Shown here piece by piece: positions 1 to 8,103 of a DNA stretch of 32,000 nt. This stretch comes from Pyrodictium abyssi. GTDB lineage: Archaea; Thermoproteota; Thermoprotei_A; Sulfolobales; Pyrodictiaceae. The notes under the pieces were generated by a model. That model did no database searches. It was not told where the DNA came from and saw nothing but the letters and a program-made list of their open reading frames with translations. A program made the position numbers and the translations under genes. Each line of letters opens with the position of its first letter. Position 1 is the stretch's first letter. Location: NCBI RefSeq assembly GCF_036323395.1, contig NZ_AP028907.1, positions 2,192,220 through 2,224,219 of the forward strand, written 5' to 3'.

Positions 1-523
1 CACGCGTACTCATAAATATACGCTCCATCGGTTACAGTGCCCTTATCAATGTCCATTCCATTTACTTCATAGCCGCATATACTGCCATTTTTGACTGCAT
101 TCTCTAAGCTTCTTACGTAGTTCAGTATCTCTTTAACATCAGTATATATAAATAGCATGTCGGGCTGCGGGTATTTATCTTGAAGTATGTCTTCACGATT
201 TGACTTTGATCCAAGGTGCGTTATAGCTATCCTGAGCACTTCGACGAGCGGTTCTGGGCATGTATATTCTCCACTAGTCCAGCTGGATAGAAGGCCTAAT
301 GCTCTAGCAGCACCTATCGTTATATACCAGGTTGCGTTCCCTACGATGAGCTGTGTGTTCTCTTCATTAATTGGTTGTGCCTCTCGAAGAGCCTTATGTA
401 GGCACTCCTCGGGCAAACGATAAAATATTGCGTGTGCCCATGTAGCTTCACCAATATAACAGCCTCAGCGCGGGAGTAACTTAGATTTATTTCATGAGAA
501 GAGGATAATATACGGTACGTCAT
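1..523 (-). pseudogene. Partial gene running off the left edge, unknown function, possible frameshift near 470
   Basis: Minus-strand frame is open from about 478 to 1 (GEATWAHAIFYRLPEECLHKALREAQPINEENTQLIVGNATWYITIGAARALGLLSSW...DGAYIYEYA). The apparent N-terminus MTYRILSSSHEINLSYSRAEAVI (ATG at 523) is in a different frame. Region is AT-richer than its surroundings. Confidence 0.45.
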
Positions 524-542
524 CCGGCCAGTTTTTCGAGGA

Positions 543-702
543 TTAGCAATCGTCTTGGAGGCAGTTGTATAGCTTTTCACAGCTCGCCAATATTTCGAGC
601 AGCTGGTAGGCATTATGTATCGTTCTGGCTAGCATGCCTTGGCGCTCATTCTGCTAGCAAATGCTAGCATTGCGAGATTCGTCATTACATATTGGACACT
701 GG
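543..702 (-). pseudogene. C-terminal relic of a TGT-like (tRNA/DNA transglycosylase family) gene
   Basis: Minus-strand reading QCPICNDESRNASIC*QNERQGMLARTIHNAYQLLEILASCEKLYNCLQDDC* aligns with KCSCPVCRTEPEALAEWGRRGLLARTVHNAYQLLEVLEDPEKAAKLL from the 5.1-6.1 kb gene. It contains an in-frame TAG and no upstream portion. Confidence 0.65.
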
Positions 703-736
703 GTTACTGACTTGTTGTGATTCGCCTGGCTTGGGG

Positions 737-1216
737 CTAGATAATTCTCTCTAATTCTTTCTCCGGCACAGCTCTTAATAGTAGTGCTCTGGCTCCAATC
801 CTGGATGCATGCATACTCATAGCCTCGTCGTCTGTGACTAGTATGGCGTTTCTCCTCCAGGCTAGGGCTATTATGTAGGCGTCGAAGCCCGAGCTCCCGG
901 TCCTTATTGCTACCTCTAGTGCGTCTTCCCGGATCTCCTCCTCGAATACGATAGTGTAGTCTCTCGTGGATTTGAGGGACTCGACTATCTCTCTTGCCAG
1001 CTTCTCGCCCGCTAGCCTGGAGATTACGGCTCCCGTCTCGACTATAACGGGGTACGGTAGCAGAACCTCGTACTCCCTGTCTCTAAGCAGCCTTATGACC
1101 ATTCTAGCCTTGCGGTGTGTCTCCAGCTCCCTGCGGTAGATGTTGCTGGGGAGCCAGCGGCCTGGCCTCAGTACGGACTTCACGAGCACGCTACTATCTA
1201 GTACCACCTTTCCCAA
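737..1216 (-). CDS. vapC: VapC-family PIN-domain toxin
   Basis: MGKVVLDSSVLVKSVLRPG, EAGAVISR-like core and DAYIIALAWRRNAILVTDDEAM PIN motifs; start overlaps the stop of an upstream DUF104-type antitoxin. Confidence 0.85.
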   Translation of the reverse strand: MGKVVLDSSVLVKSVLRPGRWLPSNIYRRELETHRKARMVIRLLRDREYEVLLPYPVIVETGAVISRLAGEKLAREIVESLKSTRDYTIVFEEEIREDALEVAIRTGSSGFDAYIIALAWRRNAILVTDDEAMSMHASRIGARALLLRAVPEKELERII

Positions 1217-1401
1217 CGCATGCGGGCCTCCCGGAGCACCTTGTCAACATCCTCTTTGGCCTCCACGCTGACTTTCTCTATAAGTTCGGGAAATTCCTCG
1301 GGTAGGAGTTGTACTCTGAGTTCCTCGCCTTCCCTCAGCTCTAGGGGCTCGAGGGGCTTCAGCACGCCATTCTCGTAGCGGACCCGGATTACCTTGGACA
1401 T
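1198..1401 (-). CDS. AF2212/DUF104-family antitoxin (VapB-like)
   Basis: KVIRVRYENGVLKPLEPLELREGEELRVQL is the typical N-terminal signature of this antitoxin family; overlaps vapC. Confidence 0.85.
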   Translation of the reverse strand: MSKVIRVRYENGVLKPLEPLELREGEELRVQLLPEEFPELIEKVSVEAKEDVDKVLREARMRWERWY

Positions 1402-1565
1402 GTACTCGTCCCTAGAGTTCTAGTGCTTGCTTAGCCCAATTAACCCCTGCCCTAGCAGGGCGTGTCCTAAGCACTCTCTGCTCGGAGGCGGCTGATAATC
1501 GCTGCTACGGTGTGCCCTCGCTTAAGCGCCCCTATCTGGGTCTACTTGGCTTATCATGCCCCGGC

Positions 1566-3575
1566 CTATGCTGTTCGGTGGCCTATTGCTGCTGGTGCGC
1601 TTACTAGGCCTAGGTAGCCTCCGTGGACTGCGTAGCTGGAGAGTACTGCGGCGTAGTCGGCGTAGAATGGTAGTCGTTTGCGGTACTCGGTGGGGAGTTG
1701 TAGCTCTTCTGCGGTCTTGCGGTCTGTCCTCATGTATATCTTGGTGTTGGCTAGTGTGACGACGAGTGGGCTGAGGTCGCTCTCCCTGTGAGTGGATAGT
1801 AGCAGGGATATTCCGCGGCTCCTGCCTAGCCTTGCTAGGCGCTCTAGGGTTCTCCGGAGCATCTCTGCGTACTCGCCGCCGCCCCGTGGGAAGAAGAGGT
1901 GGGCTTCGTCGACGACTAGGAGTATCCGGCCGGGCCCGGTGCCTTTCTCTGCTGTTGATGCTAGGCTACGGAGGAGCTGGTAGCCTAGCAGCACTTTTAC
2001 CGCTGTGGGGTCGCTCTCCGACCTTGTGGCCGCGTAGCCTAGGTCGAGCATGAGCGTATTCACGCCGAGGCTTTCCATGGCGTTGGCTAGCTCGTTGTAG
2101 TCTATCCCTGGTGCCGCCGTGTTTATCACCCCGGTGTTTGCGAGGACTCGTAGCCGGCGGAGCAGGTGCTGTAGCGTCGCCTCGGGCGCGTAGCGCTTAG
2201 CCTCCTGTATCTTGCGCTCTATGCAGTAGGCGAGCTTGGCGGGGTGTGGAATGCGGCAGCCCAGTGAGTCTACTAGCGCTGGGAGGGCTTCGCGGGCGCG
2301 CTCTGTCATGTAGGGGTCTATCTCCGATAGCTGCCTGGGATCTCTCAGCTCTATGCCCCGAGGCGCGATATACACGCTCACTGTCTTCTCGCCGCCGCAC
2401 TCCACGGTGTACCAGGCCTCGTAGACGTATGGGGCGCCGGTGTCGTGGACCACGGGGCCGTCTACGAGCCTGCATTCTCCCCCGGCGCGGCTGTACATGG
2501 CTCTGGCTATCCCGGCCAGGGTCTCGGCGTACCGTTTTGCCTCGCTCTGGGGGCTGCAGTTGTCGCCGGGGCAGGGTATGACCACGAGGCCTCTTAGAGA
2601 GGGCCCCTTCACGGGCTCACCGGGCTCGGCCTCTACGCCGTATAGCCTGAGTATGCCCGCCCTCTTCGCGTCCACCAGGACCCGGGGGATGTAGCCCGGG
2701 AAGAGCCCGGCTACGTAGTCCTGGTTAGCGTCGAGCACTACTATGTGGACGTCTCCTCCCTGGGTCCTTGAGACGCTGTAGAGGATGTTCTTTACGAGGC
2801 TCGTCTTACCGCTCCCCGTGGTCCCGGTCACGAGGATGTGCTTCACCATCACGCTCCAGGGGAGGGACACGGGCACCGGTGAGCCGGCTGCGAGGTACGG
2901 CCGGTCCATTATCGCTAGTGCTCCTAGCGTGACATCGCCCCGTGGGGCTATGAGCGCTGAGAGGACCGCGGGGTGCGGTATCGCTACGGGGCTGCCCGGG
3001 TCTATGGGGAAGGATGGGGCTAGCTTCTCCGCCTCCGCGAGGATCCCGGCCAGCTCCTCTACGCTGCGTGCACGCGAGGCCTCCTCTAGCCCCTCCCGGC
3101 CCAGGTGGACTGCCAGCACGGGCCTAACATAGACCCGGATGCTGACAACGTTGCCCGCTACTGTTATCGGGCTGGGCCTGGCGAGCGGTATGCTCGTGAG
3201 AGGCTCCTGCGCACCGAGCACCCCCGGTATGCTGGAGCGCGTAGACTCGGCCACCTCGCCGAGGACCACGCTCGCCGTCTTTAGGTCTACTATGGCGTAG
3301 AAGTAGCCCGGCGAGAACACCTCAGGGTGGCTATGGGCTAGCCCTATCCAGGCCTCTGGCGCCAAATCCACGGGGACCAGGTCGGAGCCTATATCCCGGG
3401 ACGCCGAGACGCGGCCTACGAGCCAGCCGTACTGCTGGAGCGTCTCGACCCCAAGCTCCGCCGCGAGGAGCCTTGCAAGCCTCTCCGCCGCCTCCACCAT
3501 CTCCTCGTAGCGCTGGACTATGCGGCGGCGCTCGTTCACCAGCCTCTCGAAGCCCGCGCCCTCGCCGCCGGTCAC
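1566..3575 (-). CDS. HerA-type FtsK/HerA superfamily ATPase
   Basis: Walker A VTGTTGSGKTSLV, Walker B RILLVVDEAHLFF, THRESDLSPLV sensor region, 669 aa; last gene of a minus-strand run with a NurA-like gene. Confidence 0.85.
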   Translation of the reverse strand: MTGGEGAGFERLVNERRRIVQRYEEMVEAAERLARLLAAELGVETLQQYGWLVGRVSASRDIGSDLVPVDLAPEAWIGLAHSHPEVFSPGYFYAIVDLKTASVVLGEVAESTRSSIPGVLGAQEPLTSIPLARPSPITVAGNVVSIRVYVRPVLAVHLGREGLEEASRARSVEELAGILAEAEKLAPSFPIDPGSPVAIPHPAVLSALIAPRGDVTLGALAIMDRPYLAAGSPVPVSLPWSVMVKHILVTGTTGSGKTSLVKNILYSVSRTQGGDVHIVVLDANQDYVAGLFPGYIPRVLVDAKRAGILRLYGVEAEPGEPVKGPSLRGLVVIPCPGDNCSPQSEAKRYAETLAGIARAMYSRAGGECRLVDGPVVHDTGAPYVYEAWYTVECGGEKTVSVYIAPRGIELRDPRQLSEIDPYMTERAREALPALVDSLGCRIPHPAKLAYCIERKIQEAKRYAPEATLQHLLRRLRVLANTGVINTAAPGIDYNELANAMESLGVNTLMLDLGYAATRSESDPTAVKVLLGYQLLRSLASTAEKGTGPGRILLVVDEAHLFFPRGGGEYAEMLRRTLERLARLGRSRGISLLLSTHRESDLSPLVVTLANTKIYMRTDRKTAEELQLPTEYRKRLPFYADYAAVLSSYAVHGGYLGLVSAPAAIGHRTA

Positions 3576-4012
3576 CCTGCAGCCCCCTGCTCGGCCATAG
3601 ATAGGTGTGTCTCGTAGCTGAAGCCGACAGCGTGGCGTAGAGTGTTGTAGAGGAGCCTAGCACTATGTCTGGAGACTCTGCGCGCGGCATAGTCAGCCAG
3701 CCCTACCGGGATGGGGACCGGCGCGGCGTCGGGGTAGCCCATGAGCTCTACTATACCCGCCAGCAGCTCCAGGTCGGCGTCGAGCATAGCTCGGAACCTC
3801 AGCCTATCAAAGCCTACACCACCACTGCCGTCCACGGTGACGCCGCATCCCTTCACGGGGGCAGCCGGCATCTCTACCCGTAGGAGCACCCGGCCGTGGA
3901 GCGGCGACGGGACGTAGAGGTAGTAGCTCCTCTTGACCAGCACCTTCTGTGTAAACACTCTCCCGAAGCCCTGGAGCCCCAGCACATCAGCAACGCTGCG
4001 GCCGTCACGCAC
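3572..4012 (-). CDS. Conserved-looking 146 aa protein of unknown function, between nurA-like and herA-like genes
   Basis: Open frame overlapping the start of the HerA-type ORF by 4 nt; on the same strand as both neighbours. Confidence 0.65.
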   Translation of the reverse strand: MRDGRSVADVLGLQGFGRVFTQKVLVKRSYYLYVPSPLHGRVLLRVEMPAAPVKGCGVTVDGSGGVGFDRLRFRAMLDADLELLAGIVELMGYPDAAPVPIPVGLADYAARRVSRHSARLLYNTLRHAVGFSYETHLSMAEQGAAG

Positions 4013-4090
4013 AGACGGCTGGTAGGCGTCCAGCCTGCTCCCGTGGCTGCCCCCGGGGCTTGTGAGTCCCCGTAGCGCTGGGCCCCATCC

Positions 4091-4990
4091 TCACCGTACT
4101 CGACCTCGGCAGGGTGGCTGCAGCGCTACGGGGACCTGGTAGCCGCCCACCCACCTCCGGGGCCCGTAGGCGCGGACAAGCATCTCGACGAGCTGGACAT
4201 CCCTCGAGGCATACAGCCCGCTTGCCTCCACCTTTCTCCTCCACTCTTTATCCGCCACTAGAGCCGAGGCGAGGAAGCGGCTCCTCTCGAGCCTCTTCAC
4301 GACTCCTACTAGCCTTACGCCGTGCTGCAGCGCCTCCTCTATCAGCTTGCCCCGGTCGAGCACATTGACGAGGTAGCTTAGAGCATAGTAGGCCTTCAGC
4401 ACAGTATAGGGCGAGAGGGCAGCGGGGCCGCCGCTCTGGGCTACCTGCACGAAGAGCCCCGGCGTGTTGAATACCGGGCCGTCTACGAGCACTAGGGAGC
4501 CGCCGGGGACCCAGCCTAGCAGCCATTCTAGCGCCCTATTCTCCAGCCACATCCTGTTCTCGTCGAGCATCGTCTGCCTATTGAAGCCATTCCAGTAGTC
4601 TAGCTCGGCTATAACCCGGCAGTAGGCGGGCCTGCTTCCCCCGCTGCAGCCGGGTAGAAGCGAGGCGTAGACGCGCGGGTCAACTAGCGGCGAGTCGGCT
4701 ACAAGGCCGCCGAACGACGCTGAGGCGGCGTAGCCTAGCCCTAGGCTGACCACGGGCTCCTGGCCTAGCTCGAGGCGGGGAAGGACACCGGTATCCGGGT
4801 AGGAGCCCACCAGTACTACACTGGATACGTGGGAGACGGCGACGCTGTAGACCCCTAGGAGGAGCGTTGTCGCTTCTAGCTGCTGGCTGCTGCCATCCAG
4901 CCCGTAGGCTTCTAGGCGGCCTGGCGGCTCGGGGAGCCGGGACCACACCACTCTGCCATGCGCCGCATCTTCGCGGTCCTCCTCCGTCAC
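4091..4990 (-). CDS. nurA: NurA-domain nuclease
   Basis: YGLDGSSQQLEATTLLLGVYSVAV (N-terminal acidic motif), VLVDGPVF and VVKRLERS motifs characteristic of NurA; paired with a HerA-type ATPase. Confidence 0.75.
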   Translation of the reverse strand: MTEEDREDAAHGRVVWSRLPEPPGRLEAYGLDGSSQQLEATTLLLGVYSVAVSHVSSVVLVGSYPDTGVLPRLELGQEPVVSLGLGYAASASFGGLVADSPLVDPRVYASLLPGCSGGSRPAYCRVIAELDYWNGFNRQTMLDENRMWLENRALEWLLGWVPGGSLVLVDGPVFNTPGLFVQVAQSGGPAALSPYTVLKAYYALSYLVNVLDRGKLIEEALQHGVRLVGVVKRLERSRFLASALVADKEWRRKVEASGLYASRDVQLVEMLVRAYGPRRWVGGYQVPVALQPPCRGRVR

Positions 4991-5090
4991 GCCGGCGCCG
5001 CCTATGCTTGCTGGGCGTGGCTGGCTGGTAGAGGCTATGCGTAGCAGCTCGCCTGCGAGGCCCGCTATGTCCAGGAGTGTGGCAAGAGCT

Positions 5091-6068
5091 ATGACCGTGG
5101 TCTACTTCGTCCACAGCCTGACACAGTTCAGCCCAAGGCTCTGGCGCACACTAGGCCACCCATACGTGATGGTCTCCGCCGACGACGCGGCCCGCGACCC
5201 CCAGAGAGCCGTCCAGCTCCTCAGAGGCCTCAACGTCATAGTGGACAGCGGCGGCTACCGGCTCATAAGCCGCGGGAGGCTGCCCAGCCCCGAGGAGGTC
5301 CTAGAGGTACAGCGGACGCTAGCCGACGAGGTGGGCGCAGAGCCCGTCGCGCTCGACACCCCGGTCCCCCACCCCCTAAGGGCGGGGGACGCCGACTTCC
5401 GCGCCGCAAACGAGGCCACGGCGAGAAACGCCCGGCTATGGGCCCGGGTATTCGGGGACCACTTCATCTACCCCCTCCACGCCCATACACCGGGCCAGCT
5501 CCGGGACGCCCTCCAGAGGCTCCGCCAAGCCGCCCCCACGGTCGAGGCCGTAGGGCTCGGAAGCCTAGCACCCCTCGCGCGCCACCGGCCAGCCCAGGCG
5601 CTGAGGCTAATAGCGTACGCGCGGAGCATGATAGACAAGCGCATCCACGTCTTCGGGGCCGGTAACAGCCTCCTCGCAGCACTAGTGCTCCACAGGCTAG
5701 CAGACACGGCTGATACGAGTAGCCCGCTCCAGGACGCTCGCTACGGGCTAGCCCGGCACCCCAAGACACTAGCCATGACGCTCACAGCGCCCCGCCGCGC
5801 TCAGGGGAGACCGCGCGCAGAGCCACACGAGATAGCGGCGAAGTGCAGCTGCCCAGTCTGCAGGACCGAGCCAGAAGCTCTGGCAGAATGGGGCCGTAGA
5901 GGCCTCCTAGCCAGGACCGTTCACAACGCCTACCAGCTACTAGAAGTGCTAGAGGACCCCGAGAAGGCGGCAAAGCTGCTAGCGAGGCGGCCACAGCTAG
6001 CAGCTGCGCTGGCAGAGACCCGGCCTGGGAGAGGCTCCGTGGCTGCAGGGCTGCCCGGCAAGGCTTGA
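5091..6068 (+). CDS. Queuine/archaeosine tRNA-ribosyltransferase (TGT) family protein, short, without PUA domain (TGT/DpdA-like)
   Basis: Track ORF 5004..6068; likely start MTVVYFVHSLTQFSPR at about 5091. VDSGGYRLIS, DTADTSSPLQDARYG nucleophile region and CSCPVC...H zinc site. Confidence 0.8.
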   Translation: MTVVYFVHSLTQFSPRLWRTLGHPYVMVSADDAARDPQRAVQLLRGLNVIVDSGGYRLISRGRLPSPEEVLEVQRTLADEVGAEPVALDTPVPHPLRAGDADFRAANEATARNARLWARVFGDHFIYPLHAHTPGQLRDALQRLRQAAPTVEAVGLGSLAPLARHRPAQALRLIAYARSMIDKRIHVFGAGNSLLAALVLHRLADTADTSSPLQDARYGLARHPKTLAMTLTAPRRAQGRPRAEPHEIAAKCSCPVCRTEPEALAEWGRRGLLARTVHNAYQLLEVLEDPEKAAKLLARRPQLAAALAETRPGRGSVAAGLPGKA

Positions 6069-6520
6069 TAGTCTCCTCCCCGGCTTCCGTGGAGAGGGGC
6101 AGGCCTACTGTGCACGGGGAGCAGCTACGCTGCCTCGCCGGCGTGGCGTCGAGGTGGCGTCTCCGCTACCTGGTGGTCTTCGGGTCCCAGGCTAGGGGCT
6201 ACGCGGGGCCTCACAGCGACTACGACGTGGCCGTCAAGGCCGGCAGGAGGCTAGCCTTCGTGGAGCGTGGCCTCCTCTACACGGAGCTAGAGAGGTGTGT
6301 AGACGGGCGGCTCGACCTACTGTTCATAGACGACTGGGACCCCATAGCCGTGTGGGAGGCGCTAGCACACGGGAGGCTAGTCTACCACTGCGGGGCCCAG
6401 TGCCTCCGCGAATACTACGAGGACCTCGCCCGAGCCATAGACGAGGTAGCAGACCTAGAACCCATCCTGGTGCTCTTCCGGAGGGAGATGCAGCGTGCCC
6501 TCGCCGGGCCTAGTAGCTAG
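6065..6520 (+). CDS. mntA: MNT-type nucleotidyltransferase (MntA-like antitoxin)
   Basis: LVVFGSQARGYAGPHSDYDVAV matches the GSxxxGxxxxxSDxD motif; overlaps the preceding gene and the following HEPN gene. Confidence 0.85.
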   Translation: MIVSSPASVERGRPTVHGEQLRCLAGVASRWRLRYLVVFGSQARGYAGPHSDYDVAVKAGRRLAFVERGLLYTELERCVDGRLDLLFIDDWDPIAVWEALAHGRLVYHCGAQCLREYYEDLARAIDEVADLEPILVLFRREMQRALAGPSS

Positions 6521-6920
6521 GGTGACGCGGGCCCGGAGGAGCCTCGAGAGGCTTAGGAGGCTGGCCTCGATGCCCTGGGAGGAGTACAGCGTAGACGAGG
6601 ACGCGCAGGCGCTAGCGGAGAGGCACCTCCACATACTCCTGGAGTCCATCCTCGACCTCGCAGCGTTCATCGCCGCCCGCCGCGGCCTGGCATGGAGCCC
6701 GACCTACCGCGGTGTAGTCGAGGCCCTCGTGGCCAGCGGCCTCGTGCCAGAGGAGCTAAGGAGCCTCGCCCTCTCAGCAGCCGGCATGAGGAACATACTG
6801 GTCCACGGCTACGCGGAGGTACGGCACGACATAATCTACGAAGTACTCCGACACGACCTAGACCGGCTAGAAAGACTCCTCGACACGCTGTGGAGGGAAG
6901 CAGAGAACCTAGACCCCTAG
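6495..6920 (+). CDS. hepT: HEPN / DUF86-family (HepT-like) toxin
   Basis: GMRNILVHGYAEV is the Rx4-6H HEPN motif (RNxxVHxY); directly follows and overlaps the MNT gene. Confidence 0.85.
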   Translation: MPSPGLVARVTRARRSLERLRRLASMPWEEYSVDEDAQALAERHLHILLESILDLAAFIAARRGLAWSPTYRGVVEALVASGLVPEELRSLALSAAGMRNILVHGYAEVRHDIIYEVLRHDLDRLERLLDTLWREAENLDP

Positions 6921-6966
6921 CACCAACCACTCCGGCACCACATATACGCCTCCCCTAGGGCCGTGT

Positions 6967-7302
6967 ATGCCGGGGCGTTGGGCTGTGGCCTACGCTGGTG
7001 CTGCGGCTGCCGCGGCTGGGGCCTCGGCGTCTGCCCAGGCCAAGGCGTTCACCTACGGCTTCCTCGTAGTGGAGCCCAGCGAGTTTCTGAAGCTACTGGG
7101 CAGGAGCAAGGAGCCGGTGGTGGTTGTTGTCCGCCGGCGCGTCGGGATACTGAACCGGAGGGACGAGCTCGTCTACATAGCCGGGTACGGCGACTTCACG
7201 GTGCTTACCCGGTCCCCAGAGCCACTACCCCTACCCCCAGGGACCGAGGTCATAGAGGCCCGGAAGCTAGTGCTCCCGCCCGCAGTCCTGACAGCACTCT
7301 AG
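6967..7302 (+). CDS. Small hypothetical protein with N-terminal hydrophobic/Ala-rich segment
   Basis: Open frame with plausible coding composition (VVEPSEFLKLLGRSKEPVVVVVRRRVGILNRRDELVYIAGYGDFTVL). Confidence 0.5.
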   Translation: MPGRWAVAYAGAAAAAAGASASAQAKAFTYGFLVVEPSEFLKLLGRSKEPVVVVVRRRVGILNRRDELVYIAGYGDFTVLTRSPEPLPLPPGTEVIEARKLVLPPAVLTAL

Positions 7303-7439
7303 CCCGGAGACTCGTCGTCCCAGCCGGGGTCAGTTAGACGCCCGCGGATATGCCTGGTCTCGCGTGCTGGGGGTGCTGCCTCTCTACATTGCCATGCAGT
7401 GTAGGGCCCCGTGGGCGCGCCGCCCTAGGCCATGGTCTG

Positions 7440-8036
7440 CTAGTCTCTGTGGTGGCGTGACATCTCTCTTAGTTTCTCGTGGAGCCTCTGCAGAGCCTCC
7501 TGGTGCTCTCTGGTCCACTTGCCCTGGCTCTCTAGCCTCGGCTTTACCTGCTCCTCGACTATCTCGGCTAGCTTGCCTAGGATGGATGCGATGTCCCTTG
7601 CAGCCTCTCCGCGGTCTGGGTACTTGCTCAGCTCCCCGGAGGGGTCTGGGCCGTGGTACTGGTAGTCGTGGAGCTCGAGCGCTGTGCTGGTGAGGTGCGT
7701 GTAGTATGGCACCCCAGCGGCCTCCTCTACGAGCCTTGCTAGGGGCTTGAGCCGGCTGCTAGGCACCCGAGGTACCCCGACCTCCTCTAGCCATTTCCTC
7801 TCCTTCTCGCCTAACATCTCTACTATCCTGTCCCTCTCTAGGGCTAGCAGCGCTGCTGTTAGCGCCCGCCACGCCTGGAACGCCTTACCCGCAGCGTTCC
7901 TGGTGTAGCCCTCCTCGAGGAATCGTAGCGCTATCTGAGCTTCTAGGAGAGCTTCCAGTGCCCGGGCAGAGGCGTAGCCCACTAGGTCTCGCCGGGGCTT
8001 GGGCAGGGGCTGCTCGAGTAGCGCTGCGGGGTTCAA
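7440..8036 (-). CDS. PaREP1 family protein
   Basis: ALEALLEAQIALRFLEEGYTRNAAGKAFQAWRALTAALLAL ... HDYQYHGPDPSGELSKYP resembles crenarchaeal PaREP1/PaREP8 family proteins. Confidence 0.65.
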   Translation of the reverse strand: MNPAALLEQPLPKPRRDLVGYASARALEALLEAQIALRFLEEGYTRNAAGKAFQAWRALTAALLALERDRIVEMLGEKERKWLEEVGVPRVPSSRLKPLARLVEEAAGVPYYTHLTSTALELHDYQYHGPDPSGELSKYPDRGEAARDIASILGKLAEIVEEQVKPRLESQGKWTREHQEALQRLHEKLREMSRHHRD

Positions 8037-8103
8037 AGCCGCTGTACCCAGAGGGATGGGTAGAGGGCTGCCTGGCTCCTATAGTGTTGCCCCGCTAGAA
8101 CAC

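Noticed and set aside
1556-2694. Small ORFs at 1556-1759, 1792-1983, 1832-2053, 2197-2475, 2246-2581 and 2440-2694
   Set aside because: Shadow ORFs over the HerA-type ATPase; no family signal.
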